A DNA stretch of 64,000 bases from Terracidiphilus sp. (GTDB lineage: Bacteria; Acidobacteriota; Terriglobia; Terriglobales; Acidobacteriaceae), in contig JBEKKI010000008.1 in NCBI GenBank assembly GCA_050010795.1, positions 38,222-102,221 of the forward strand, written 5' to 3'. Both the position numbers and the translations under genes were made by a program. The notes under the pieces were generated by a model, which had not been told where the DNA came from, searched no databases, and saw only the letters and a program-made list of their open reading frames with translations. Shown piece after piece: positions 21,875 to 31,582 of the stretch. Numbering within the stretch: position 1 is the stretch's first letter; every line of letters begins with the position of its first letter.

Positions 21875-24016
21875 ATGGCGACAACTCCTTCAGCGGCCGG
21901 CCCGGCGCCGGAAGGGAAGCGTTCGCAAAAAGAGATTCCGGCCGGCCATGCGGAGGCCATTCGATTGAACGCTTTCGAAAACGCGAACCCTGATGCACAG
22001 CGCGCCGTTCTCGACGGCTTGCCGGTTCTCGTTTTCCTCGAGCGAGACGGAAAGATCCTCTTTGCCAACGCTGAAGCGCGCCGTTTGCTCGGCGGCGACG
22101 AGGGCGAGTGGACTCCCTGCCCGGTCGAGGATGTTCTTTGGGGACTGTTCCCCGGCACGGCCGAGCCGCAAACGCAATTGACCGGCACCGAGACCGGCCA
22201 CCCGTTCCACGCCACCATCCCGGCCCACGGCGGCCGCATGATCTCCATCGAAGGCACCTACAGCGTTCTCAATCCTCAGTCGCGCGAGGCCGTCATCGTC
22301 GCCCATCCCAGCGATCGTAGTCGCGCTCCCCGGTCTCGCCTCATGGAAGACGTGCTGGCCAGTCTCCCCGAGGCCGTCGCCATCGAATATGAGAATCATG
22401 TGCTCTACACCAATCCGGCGTTTACGCGCATGTTCGGCTACACGCCTGAGGAAGCCGCGGGCGGAAGCCTTCGCGACCTCGTCGTGCCTGAAACGCGCCG
22501 GGACGAGCATGTGGGCCTGCTCAAGGCCGTTGACGATCACGGCCTGGCAACAACCGAGACGGTGCGCAGCAACAAGGCTGCCGAGCTTGTCGACGTCAGC
22601 CTGCAGATCGCCCCTCTGCTCGTTGACAAAAGCAGGGTCGGCTACGTTTACACCTTTCGCGACATCGGCGTGCATAAACAGACTGAAGAAAAACTGCAGC
22701 ACGATGCCATGCACGACGTGCTTACGGGCCTGCCCAACAGGGCGCTGTTTCTTGACCACGTCAATCTCACGCTCAATCGCCGCCTGCGCAATCCTGAGCA
22801 GGGATGTGGCGTTCTTTACGTCGACCTTGATGAGTTCAAGGAAGTCAACGACAGTCTGGGCCACGCCGCGGGCGACGCGTTGCTCGTGGCCGTCGCCGGC
22901 CGGCTTCGATCCTCGCTGCGTCCGCAGGACTCTGCCGCGCGCCTGGGCGGCGACGAGTTTGCCGTTCTGGTCGAAGGCATTCTTTCCGCATCCGATCTCG
23001 AGATCGTTGCCAACCGCATCCTGCACGAACTGGAGCGGCCCTTTGAAATCTTCGGGCGCGAAGTCCGCGCCGGCGCCAGCATCGGCGGCGCGCTGGCCGG
23101 GCCCGACCATGTCTCGTCCGATCTTCTGCTTCGTGACGCCGACGTTGCCATGTACCGCGCCAAGCAGGCCGGCGGCGCCCGCTTTGAGATCTACGACAAG
23201 CACCTCGAAGTCGCGATCTCCAGCCATCAGGAGCGCGAGCGCGAGCTTCGCTCCGCCGTCAACAAGCGTCAGTTCGTATTCCAGTACCAGCCCATTTTCA
23301 ACCTCTCCACGGGAATGTTGGAGGGGTTCGAGACCCTGTTCAGCCTGCGCCATGGCGGCGGCGCCGCAGACAGCTTTAACGACCTGCTGGCCTTTGCCGA
23401 AGACACTGGCCTGTCTATCCAGTTGGGAAAGGAAGTCCTCGACGCGGTCTGCGCCCAATTGCGCATCCTGAACGATCGCCTGCCCGAGCAGGAACTCATG
23501 CTGACCGTCAACCTCGCGCGCCGTCAGCTCTACCATCCCGACCTCATCGCGCATCTGATGAAGGCATTCGCCACCAGCGGAGCCGACCCCTCGCGCCTTA
23601 TCATTGAAGCGCCCGAAAGTGCGTTCAACGAGAATCCTGATGCGGCGCTGGCCATCCTGCAGCGCCTGGCCGATTGGCAGGTGCGCACGGCCATTGATGA
23701 TTTCGGCAGCAGACTCGCGCCGCTCAGCCACCTGGTTCATCTTCCCGTCGCCATGATCAAGCTCGCGCCCCGGCTCACGGTGTCAGCGCTTTCATCCGGC
23801 CGTCAGCTCGCTGTGCTTGAATCGCTGGTTCGCCTCGGCAACACGCTGGGTTTGCAAATCGTCGCCCAGGGAATCGAAACCTCGCAGCAACTCACCGCGC
23901 TTTCCCGCATGGGATGCTCTTTGGGCCAGGGCCCGCTCCTCTCCCCTCCGCTGGACCCCGAACGCGCCATCGAGCTTGCTGCGACAGGCTATTGGGCATT
24001 CGCGCCGGGAACCTGA
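21875..24016 (+). CDS. PAS-PAS-GGDEF-EAL protein with a degenerate EAL domain
   Basis: Two PAS-like regions, HDVLTGLPNR, RPQD I-site, RLGGDEF. EAL-domain motifs are altered. Confidence 0.92.
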   Translation: MATTPSAAGPAPEGKRSQKEIPAGHAEAIRLNAFENANPDAQRAVLDGLPVLVFLERDGKILFANAEARRLLGGDEGEWTPCPVEDVLWGLFPGTAEPQTQLTGTETGHPFHATIPAHGGRMISIEGTYSVLNPQSREAVIVAHPSDRSRAPRSRLMEDVLASLPEAVAIEYENHVLYTNPAFTRMFGYTPEEAAGGSLRDLVVPETRRDEHVGLLKAVDDHGLATTETVRSNKAAELVDVSLQIAPLLVDKSRVGYVYTFRDIGVHKQTEEKLQHDAMHDVLTGLPNRALFLDHVNLTLNRRLRNPEQGCGVLYVDLDEFKEVNDSLGHAAGDALLVAVAGRLRSSLRPQDSAARLGGDEFAVLVEGILSASDLEIVANRILHELERPFEIFGREVRAGASIGGALAGPDHVSSDLLLRDADVAMYRAKQAGGARFEIYDKHLEVAISSHQERERELRSAVNKRQFVFQYQPIFNLSTGMLEGFETLFSLRHGGGAADSFNDLLAFAEDTGLSIQLGKEVLDAVCAQLRILNDRLPEQELMLTVNLARRQLYHPDLIAHLMKAFATSGADPSRLIIEAPESAFNENPDAALAILQRLADWQVRTAIDDFGSRLAPLSHLVHLPVAMIKLAPRLTVSALSSGRQLAVLESLVRLGNTLGLQIVAQGIETSQQLTALSRMGCSLGQGPLLSPPLDPERAIELAATGYWAFAPGT

Positions 24017-24077
24017 ATCCGGCTGCGCCGCGCCTCTGCCCCGCCACCTGCTCTCTGGGCTTGGTTTCCGGTGTAGC

Positions 24078-25016
24078 ATGAAACAAATGTCGCCCCGCAA
24101 GCCCCCGCGCCGAGCCCAGAAATCGAGACTGGCATCTCCCCGGCATAAGAAGCCGGGCCTGCCGGCCAAGGAACTGGTCATCGTCACCGGAATCTCCGGT
24201 GCCGGTAAAGCGTCGGCCCTCAAAGCCTTTGAAGACCTCGGATTTCATTGCGTCGACAATTTGCCGCTCGAGCTGCTGCCGCATTTCGCCGGCCTCGTCG
24301 GCAAATCCTCTGAGGTGGAGCGTGCCGCCATCGTCGTCGACGTCCGCGAGGGCGCTACGCTCGATCGCCTCCCCGAGATTCTGAAGAGCATCAAGAAACT
24401 GCTCCGAACCCGCGTGGTCTACCTCGACGCTCAGGACGCAGTGCTCGTCCGCCGCTACTCTGAGACGCGCCGCCCGCATCCTCTCGGCCGGTCTGAGACG
24501 GTTGCACGCTCCATCGTCGAAGAGCGCCAGCTCCTCGATCCCATCCGCAACGTTGCCGACACGCTCATCGACACCTCGAACTTCAATGTTCACGAGCTGC
24601 GCGCCGACATTCTTGCCCGCTTCGGCCACCAGGAAGAAAGCAAGCGCCTGCTCGTCTCCTGCCTCAGCTTCGGCTTCAAAAACGGCGTTCCCCTCGATGC
24701 CGACATGGTCTTCGACGTGCGCTTCCTCCCCAACCCCCACTTCGTTCCGGAGTTCCGCAAAAAGACCGGCCTCGATCCCAAGGTTGCCGCCTACGTTCGT
24801 GGATTCAGGCAGACGAGGGAGTTCCTCGATCGCGTCACCAAGCTGATGCTTTACCTTCTTCCGCACTATGTTGAAGAAGGGAAGAGCTACCTCACGATCG
24901 CATTCGGCTGCACCGGCGGCCAGCATCGCAGCGTCATGATGGCCGAGGAACTCGCCCAGCGCCTGCGCAAGGCCGGCTACCAGGTCAAGGCGCTCCATCG
25001 CGACATCGTTCGTTGA
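24078..25016 (+). CDS. rapZ: RNase adapter RapZ (YvcJ)
   Basis: TGISGAGKA, CVDNLP, RRYSETRRPHPL, SFGFK, FDVRFLPNP, GCTGGQHRSV. Start may be 24087. Confidence 0.96.
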   Translation: MKQMSPRKPPRRAQKSRLASPRHKKPGLPAKELVIVTGISGAGKASALKAFEDLGFHCVDNLPLELLPHFAGLVGKSSEVERAAIVVDVREGATLDRLPEILKSIKKLLRTRVVYLDAQDAVLVRRYSETRRPHPLGRSETVARSIVEERQLLDPIRNVADTLIDTSNFNVHELRADILARFGHQEESKRLLVSCLSFGFKNGVPLDADMVFDVRFLPNPHFVPEFRKKTGLDPKVAAYVRGFRQTREFLDRVTKLMLYLLPHYVEEGKSYLTIAFGCTGGQHRSVMMAEELAQRLRKAGYQVKALHRDIVR

Positions 25017-25029
25017 AGCGCGACTTTGA

Positions 25030-25078
25030 GTAGCGCCGGTCTCCAGATCGGCTGTCGTGCGGGCGTCCTCGCCCGCAC
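25030..25078. repeat. GTAG-type REP doublet
   Basis: gtagcgccggtctccagatcggc followed by gtgcgggcgtcctcgcccgcac. Near-identical copy at 27829. Confidence 0.75.
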
Positions 25079-25084
25079 CTGTCG

Positions 25085-26026
25085 TCACCGGCTCCCCAGC
25101 CCATCCATCCACCGCGTCATCGCATCCTCGTATTGCCGCTCGGCATCCTTCGCTGGATTCACCCACACGATCATCTTGCGCGGCGCAACCTTGTCATACG
25201 CCTCCGGCTGTCTCTCCGCGCCTTGCTGCTCAAGCCACAGCAGCGGCACCCGCACCGCCCCTGCAGCCGCATCCAGATCGTAGCGGTCCCGCACCAGCAG
25301 CCGCGCCGGAACCATCCGCGCCCGCGCATCTCCGAAGATCGCGCTCAACGGATCTGCCACGGGCGACTCCGCAATGACTCCGGCCAATTCGGAATGCGCT
25401 GCCGCTACTTCCAGCGCCAGGTTGGCGCCAAGCCCCGCGCCGTCCAGCACAATCGAGCCCGCGGCTACGTGCCTTGTTCCATCGAGGTATTCGAGCGCCC
25501 ATTCCGCATCCTGGCGCCAGTGCGCCTCGCTGGGCTTTGAAAACTCGCTCTGCCCGTAACCGCGATAGTCGAAGGCCATCACGTTCGCGCCCGCCGCATG
25601 CAGCCGCGCCAACTCGTCTATCGTGTCTCCCAGGTTGCCGTTTTGTCCGTGCAGATAGACCACGGTGAACCGCGCGTACCGTGATCCCGGCGCCGCGGGA
25701 ATCCACCATCCCTTCAGCCGCGGCACGCCTGTATCCGTCACGGCGAAAGCAATCGAATCGAAGGCCAGTCCCGCGCTGGCCGGCGTTCGTTCCACCACCA
25801 CCGCCGGATGATAGAGCAGTTGCCAGTTCCCCTGCCAAAAAAGCAGGCACAAGGCCAGCCATCCGCAAACGGCCGCTGCCGCAATCGATCCGCCCACCGC
25901 CAGCGCGAGCCATCGGCCCGAAACAAGCGGGTGCTCCGCGCCGCTTTCACTCCCGCGGGCAGCTCCCTTCGCGCCCGGCACGTCCCTTCGCGACACGATC
26001 TCGAGCTTTGGCTTCTTGCGCGACAT
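25085..26026 (-). CDS. Membrane-anchored alpha/beta-hydrolase-fold protein, probably non-catalytic
   Basis: TM helix, LKGWWIP, YLHGQNGN, FDYRGYGQS. Nucleophile elbow reads GAGLG. Confidence 0.85.
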   Translation of the reverse strand: MSRKKPKLEIVSRRDVPGAKGAARGSESGAEHPLVSGRWLALAVGGSIAAAAVCGWLALCLLFWQGNWQLLYHPAVVVERTPASAGLAFDSIAFAVTDTGVPRLKGWWIPAAPGSRYARFTVVYLHGQNGNLGDTIDELARLHAAGANVMAFDYRGYGQSEFSKPSEAHWRQDAEWALEYLDGTRHVAAGSIVLDGAGLGANLALEVAAAHSELAGVIAESPVADPLSAIFGDARARMVPARLLVRDRYDLDAAAGAVRVPLLWLEQQGAERQPEAYDKVAPRKMIVWVNPAKDAERQYEDAMTRWMDGLGSR

Positions 26027-26161
26027 GCTTGCGGCCGATTTCTTCTCCGCTTCAACCTACGGAATCACTTCCATCCTAATTGCATTTGCCTGTCATCCTC
26101 TCACCGCGCTCAGGTGTATATTTCTCCTTGGTGTGAACGCTTACATTTTCGAAAGGAGAAC

Positions 26162-27823
26162 ATGATGGCCACAGGGTTCTATGAAGTCACGAAGCCGGCA
26201 GCGAACGAAGATCTTTTGATTACCAGCGGCGATCTGCGCCAATCGGCCAACCAAGTGTGCTGGCCCGCCCAGCGCGACATGGAAGAGAAACTCACCGCAG
26301 CGTTCGCCCTAAAGGGCTGCAAGCTCGTCCGCGCCCACGCGTACGACGACAAAGTGAAGCACGGCTTCATCTCCTCGCAGCGGCAGGGCATGGATGTTTT
26401 TATGAATATTCACCCTCAGTCGCGTCTTGTCTTCGCCACCGCCGCGTGGCAGTACAGCCATCATGTCCTTCCCGGCCTGCGCAGCCACCAGGGCCCCATC
26501 CTCACCGTGGCCAACTGGTCCGGCCAGTGGCCCGGCCTCGTCGGCCTGCTCAATCTCAACGGCTCGCTCGTCAAGGCCGGCAAGCCATTCTCCTCCATCT
26601 GGAGCAAGGACTTTACCGACGAATACTTCCGGAAAGCTCTCGACGAATGGCTTCGCTCTGGCAAAATCACGCACGACCTTTCGCACGTTCGCCCGCTCGA
26701 CACAAGCAAGCTGCCCGTCGACAGCTCGAAGCTCGGCGCCTCGCTCGCCGCCGATCTCAAACATCGCAAGGCCATCATGGGCGTCTTCGACGAAGGATGC
26801 ATGGGCATGTACAACGCCATCATCGACGACGAGCTTCTCAATCGCGCCGGCATCTTCAAGGAGCGCCTCAGCCAGTCCGCGCTCGTCGCCAAAATGCGCA
26901 CAGTTACCGATGCCGAAGCACAAGCGGTCTACGACTGGCTCGTCGCCAAAGGCGTCAAATTCGCCTTCGGCAAAGACGCCGCAACAGAACTAACGCTCGA
27001 TCAGGTCCTCGGCCAGTGCAAAATGTACATCGCCGCCGTCCGTATCGCGCACGAATTTGGCTGCGACGCCGTCGGGATTCAATATCAGCAGGGACTCAAA
27101 GACATGGTGCCGGCCTCCGACCTTGCTGAAGGCATGTTGAACAACTCCGTTCGCCCGCCCGTCTTCGCAGAGGGAACCAACGATGAGTTGTTTGCCGGCG
27201 GTCCGCTCCCGCACTTTAACGAAGTCGACGAGTGCGCCGGAGTCGATGCCTTGATCACCAACCGCGTCTGGAAAGCGCTCGGCCTCGATCCCTCCACCAC
27301 GCTCCACGATGTGCGCTGGGGCGAGCACTACAAGGGCGCTGATTCGAAAGGGTCCGGAAATATCGACGACTTCGTCTGGCTGCTGCAGATTTCCGGCGCC
27401 GCGCCCGCCAATCACTTTGCTGGCGGCTACGCGGGCGCAACCAGCGAGCGCCAGCCCGCCATGTATTTCCCGCTCGGCGGCGGATCACTCAAAGGCATTG
27501 GCAAGCCCGGCGAGATTGTCTGGAGCCGCGTCTTCGTCGAGGGCGGCGTTCTCCACGTCGATCTAGGCCGTGGCACCGTCGTGAGTTTACCCGCTGCCGA
27601 AACCGAGCGCCGCTGGCGTGAAACCACGGTCCAGTGGCCCATCGTCCACGCCATCCTGCACGGCGTGAGCCAGAATCAGATGATGGCTCGCCACCGCGCC
27701 AACCACGTCAACGTGGCCTACGCTCCTTCGCCCGAAGTCGCCGCTAAGGCCCTGGCCACCAAGGCCGCCATGTTCGCCGAACTCGGCATCCACGTCCACC
27801 TCTGCGGCATTACGCAAGCCTAA
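26162..27823 (+). CDS. L-fucose/L-arabinose isomerase-family protein
   Basis: ANWSGQWPGLVG, GIQYQQG, HFNEVDECAG, DVRWG, MARHRANH. RBS aaggag. Confidence 0.75.
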   Translation: MMATGFYEVTKPAANEDLLITSGDLRQSANQVCWPAQRDMEEKLTAAFALKGCKLVRAHAYDDKVKHGFISSQRQGMDVFMNIHPQSRLVFATAAWQYSHHVLPGLRSHQGPILTVANWSGQWPGLVGLLNLNGSLVKAGKPFSSIWSKDFTDEYFRKALDEWLRSGKITHDLSHVRPLDTSKLPVDSSKLGASLAADLKHRKAIMGVFDEGCMGMYNAIIDDELLNRAGIFKERLSQSALVAKMRTVTDAEAQAVYDWLVAKGVKFAFGKDAATELTLDQVLGQCKMYIAAVRIAHEFGCDAVGIQYQQGLKDMVPASDLAEGMLNNSVRPPVFAEGTNDELFAGGPLPHFNEVDECAGVDALITNRVWKALGLDPSTTLHDVRWGEHYKGADSKGSGNIDDFVWLLQISGAAPANHFAGGYAGATSERQPAMYFPLGGGSLKGIGKPGEIVWSRVFVEGGVLHVDLGRGTVVSLPAAETERRWRETTVQWPIVHAILHGVSQNQMMARHRANHVNVAYAPSPEVAAKALATKAAMFAELGIHVHLCGITQA

Positions 27824-27828
27824 AGGAT

Positions 27829-28012
27829 GTAGCGCCGGTCTCCAGACCGGCTGTACTAGCGGCGTCCTCGCCGCCAGCAGGTTGCGCCATCCTTGCGGCG
27901 TCTATCGCCGCCAGCAGGTTGCCCCATCCTTGTGGCGCTTTTTGTCGCAGAATGGGGTCGCACAAGTCCCAACTCACCCCGACCGAGCTGAAAGCTAGAA
28001 GCTAGAAGCTGC
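27829..28012. repeat. REP cluster (BIME-like) plus GCTAGAA heptamers
   Basis: gtagcgccggtctccagaccggc; duplicated cgccgccagcaggttgc(g/c)ccatccttg; palindrome ccccatcc...atgggg at 27917-27957; gctgaaa gctagaa gctagaa. Confidence 0.75.
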
Positions 28013-28015
28013 CTT

Positions 28016-29425
28016 TTACTGCCGCATCTCCTCCGCCGTCATCGCTTCCGCCATCTCCCGCGCCGCCGGAATGATGCCCATCTCCTCGTAAATCGGTCGC
28101 ACCACGCGCCGTAGCGCCGGCATCCGCGTAACAAACCACCCCGCGCCCAGCACCACCGCGAGTCCATTGATAAGCACCGTCCACTGTGCGCCGGTCAACA
28201 CCGGTCCTGCCACAACCCAAAGCGGCGTCGCCGGAATCAGATGCGCCATGGCTCCTGCCAGCAGGCTGCCGAACGGCGCCATCCCCACGAAAGCCATCGT
28301 GTAGTAGCTCATCACGCGCCCGCGCTTGTCTTCGCTCGTCAGCGTCTGGATGATGGTGTTGCTCGCCGCCATTCCCTGCATCATGCCCATGCCCGCGATC
28401 AGCACCATCGCCATCGAAAGCCAAAAAGAGTTCGAGATCCCAAAGCCAACCAGCCCCAGCCCGAAAACCCCCGCGGCCAACGGAATCATGCGAATCAGCC
28501 CGCGCACGCTCTTGCGCGCCGCCAGCGACAGCGCCGAAATCAGCGCACCCACGCCCATCGCTCCCATCAGAAAGCCCAGCGTGTGTGGCCCGCCGTGCAG
28601 CACGCTCGCCGCGAAAATCGGCATCAGCACCACAAACGGCATACCCATCAGGCTCACCACGGAAAACAAAAGCAGAATCGTCCGGATGGGCAGGAATCCC
28701 GACACATAGCTCCAACCCTCCTTCATCTCATAAAAAGTCGATGTGGCCGCGCGACGCACAGCGGGCGCATCAAGCCGCATCATCACGAGCGACGCAATCA
28801 CCGCAATGTAGCTGACGCCGTCGATCAGGAAGCACCAACCCTCGCTCGTGGCCGCTATCAGCATCCCGGCCAGCGACGGTCCGATCAGCCGCGCCATGTT
28901 TACCATCGACGAGTTGATTGCAATGGCGTTGCCCAGATCGGCGCGGTTGCCCACCATCTGCACCATGAACGCCTGCCGCCCCGGCATGTCGAAGGCGTTG
29001 ATGATGCCCTGCATCACGCTCAGAATCAGGATCAGCTCGATGGTGATGTGCCCTGAAAGCGTCAGTGCCGCCAGTAGGAGCGACTGGATCATCGCCAGCG
29101 TCTGCGTCCACACCAGCACCTGCCTGCGATCCAGCCGATCCACCCAGACGCCGGCGAACGGCGCAAACAGAAATGTCGGAATCTGCCCCGCAAAGCTCAC
29201 CGTGCCCAGCAGCAGCGCCGACTTTGTCAGCCGGTATACCAGCCAGGCAGTCGCAATGCGCGTCATCCACGTGCCGACCAAAGAGATGGTCTGCCCGCCG
29301 AAAAAAAGCCTGAAGTTGCGGTGCCGGAGCGCGCGCCACGCGTGCGAAACGCTTGGCGCTGTGTCTGTATTCGTTTCCCGCGCGGTCCCGTTTGGTCGCA
29401 TCTCACTCCATCTTCCTTTGCTCAT
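28016..29425 (-). CDS. MFS transporter (DHA3-like)
   Basis: LRHRNFRLFFGGQ, AGVWVDRLDRRQ, about 12 TM segments, RGRVMS. Confidence 0.92.
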   Translation of the reverse strand: MSKGRWSEMRPNGTARETNTDTAPSVSHAWRALRHRNFRLFFGGQTISLVGTWMTRIATAWLVYRLTKSALLLGTVSFAGQIPTFLFAPFAGVWVDRLDRRQVLVWTQTLAMIQSLLLAALTLSGHITIELILILSVMQGIINAFDMPGRQAFMVQMVGNRADLGNAIAINSSMVNMARLIGPSLAGMLIAATSEGWCFLIDGVSYIAVIASLVMMRLDAPAVRRAATSTFYEMKEGWSYVSGFLPIRTILLLFSVVSLMGMPFVVLMPIFAASVLHGGPHTLGFLMGAMGVGALISALSLAARKSVRGLIRMIPLAAGVFGLGLVGFGISNSFWLSMAMVLIAGMGMMQGMAASNTIIQTLTSEDKRGRVMSYYTMAFVGMAPFGSLLAGAMAHLIPATPLWVVAGPVLTGAQWTVLINGLAVVLGAGWFVTRMPALRRVVRPIYEEMGIIPAAREMAEAMTAEEMRQ

Positions 29426-29464
29426 CCCTCTCTTGTACAGTTGACGTAGGCATAGGCTTTCTTA

Positions 29465-31582
29465 TTGACCGTGGTTTCTAATTCGAATCAGCTGGCAGAG
29501 CTGCTCCGTTCTGTCTTCGGCTTCACAACATTTCGTCCCGGCCAAGAGCCCGTATGCCACGCCGCCGTCGCTGGCCGCGATCTGCTGCTTGTGATGCCCA
29601 CGGGGGCAGGGAAGTCGCTTTGTTACCAGTTGCCGGCCGTCGCGCGCGGCGGAACGGCCCTCGTCGTTTCACCGCTCATCTCTCTCATGGACGATCAATC
29701 GGCCAAGCTTTCCGCGCTCGGCCTTCGCGTTGCACGCATCCATTCAGGCATCGATCGAGCGCATTCGAGGAAAGCATGCGCCGATTACCTTGCGGGAGCG
29801 CTTCAATTCCTATTTATCGCACCAGAACGCTTGCGGGTGCCGGGTTTCGCTGAGATGCTGGCAAAACACAAGCTGGCGCTTATCGCCATCGATGAGGCGC
29901 ACTGCATTTCGCAATGGGGCCACGACTTCCGCCCCGACTACCGAATGCTGGGCCAGTATCTGCCCGCTTTGCGCGGCAAGCCCGATCCGGCGCCCGTTCT
30001 TGCTCTTACTGCCACCGCGACTCCCGCTGTGCAGAAAGACATCATTGCGCAACTGGGAATGGCGAAGCCGCTCGCGTTTGTTCACGGTTTCCGCCGCGAG
30101 AATCTGGCCATCGAAGTTGCCGAGGTCCCCGTGCCGGAGCGCGCTCCGGCCATTTACAAGCTCTTGTCCGATCCTGCGCGCCGCCCGGCCATCGTTTACG
30201 CGACATCTCGGAAGCAGTCGGAATCTCTTGCATGGGATCTTCTACGCGCCATGCCCGCGGCGGCGTATCACGCTGGCCTTGATGCGGCGACCCGCGAACG
30301 TGTGCAGACCGCTTTCCAATCTGGTGAACTCCAAGTGGTGGTTGCCACCATCGCTTTCGGCATGGGCATCGACAAGCCGAATATTCGGACCGTCGTTCAC
30401 GCTGGTTTGCCTGGAAGTCTCGAAAGTTACTACCAGGAGATCGGCCGCGCTGGGCGCGATGGCCAATCGAGCAGAACTTTCCTGATGCACTCCTACGCTG
30501 ACCAGCGTACACACGATTTCTTCCTCAGTCGCGACTATCCTCCCATCGAACACCTCACCTGTGTCTTCGAAATGCTGAAAGCGCAGCCGCAGCGGGTGGA
30601 AGACTTGCGGGCAAAGTCGAAGCTGGATGAAGAGGAATTCGACAAGGCGCTTGAAAAGCTGGAGATCCATCAGGGTGCCCGTGTCGACTTCGGAGGAACC
30701 GCGACCCTCGGCCGATCGGACTGGAAGAAGACCTACTCCATTCAGATGCGCGTCCGCGCCGAGCAATTGGATAAGGTCGTGCGATTCGCAGAATCGTGTC
30801 AGTGCCGTATGTCAGCGCTGGTGCTGCATTTTGGCGACGCGGAAGATGCGGACCGGCAATGCGGGAAATGTGACGTGTGTGACCCAGCGGGAACAGTACT
30901 GCGCCAGTTTCGGCATGCCACCGTGACAGAACGCCGCATCGCGCAGCAGATTGTGGATGAACTTCGGAGCATCGACTTTAGAGCCGCCGGCACGCTGCAC
31001 AAGAGCCTCGACCTCGTCGGCAGAATGAGCCGCAAGGAATTCGATGCTCTGCTCGCAGCTATGGTTCAAGCGGGCGTCATCGAAATCGAAGAGGACGAGT
31101 TTGAGAAGAACGGCGAGAGCATTCGCTTTCGGAAGGTGCGGTTGACGTCGGCAGGGTATGATCTGCGGCCGGCCGCGACTTTGACGCTCATGGTCGGCGA
31201 CGGCATTGTTGAAGGGTTCCGGTCTGTTTCTGCGACGTCGACCCGCGCTCGGCGGGCGCGCCCGCTCGCCGATCGCTCAGCGGTAAAGGCGCAACTGGAT
31301 GTGCCCCTCGCCGCTGCAACCCCTGAATCGGAACGCCTCGCTGCGCGTTTACGTGAATGGCGGACCACAGAAGCGAAGCGTCAGGGTGTCCCGGCCTACG
31401 TGGTCTTGCATGATCGCACACTCAGTGCGGTGGCGCTTGCACGGCCTGCAAATTCTGCCCAGCTGCTTGCGATCGTTGGCGTCGGCCCAGCGAAGGTAGA
31501 AAAGTATGGTGCGGCTATTCTGCAACTGTGTGCATCGGAAACAGCGCCTATACCGAATCTGCAATCGCGTGATCAGCCTTGA
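29465..31582 (+). CDS. recQ: RecQ-family helicase with HRDC domain
   Basis: MPTGAGKSLCYQLP, IDEAHCISQWGHDFRPDY, ATIAFGMGIDK, YYQEIGRAGRDG, Zn ligands CQCR...CGKCDVC, C-terminal HRDC. Confidence 0.95.
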   Translation: MTVVSNSNQLAELLRSVFGFTTFRPGQEPVCHAAVAGRDLLLVMPTGAGKSLCYQLPAVARGGTALVVSPLISLMDDQSAKLSALGLRVARIHSGIDRAHSRKACADYLAGALQFLFIAPERLRVPGFAEMLAKHKLALIAIDEAHCISQWGHDFRPDYRMLGQYLPALRGKPDPAPVLALTATATPAVQKDIIAQLGMAKPLAFVHGFRRENLAIEVAEVPVPERAPAIYKLLSDPARRPAIVYATSRKQSESLAWDLLRAMPAAAYHAGLDAATRERVQTAFQSGELQVVVATIAFGMGIDKPNIRTVVHAGLPGSLESYYQEIGRAGRDGQSSRTFLMHSYADQRTHDFFLSRDYPPIEHLTCVFEMLKAQPQRVEDLRAKSKLDEEEFDKALEKLEIHQGARVDFGGTATLGRSDWKKTYSIQMRVRAEQLDKVVRFAESCQCRMSALVLHFGDAEDADRQCGKCDVCDPAGTVLRQFRHATVTERRIAQQIVDELRSIDFRAAGTLHKSLDLVGRMSRKEFDALLAAMVQAGVIEIEEDEFEKNGESIRFRKVRLTSAGYDLRPAATLTLMVGDGIVEGFRSVSATSTRARRARPLADRSAVKAQLDVPLAAATPESERLAARLREWRTTEAKRQGVPAYVVLHDRTLSAVALARPANSAQLLAIVGVGPAKVEKYGAAILQLCASETAPIPNLQSRDQP

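Noticed and set aside
21890-25166. 616-aa and 424-aa minus-strand ORFs
   Set aside because: Antisense shadows of the GGDEF-EAL gene and rapZ.
31548-31582. 35-bp 3' overlap between recQ and DUF2264
   Set aside because: Short convergent overlaps are common; no sign of a frameshift.
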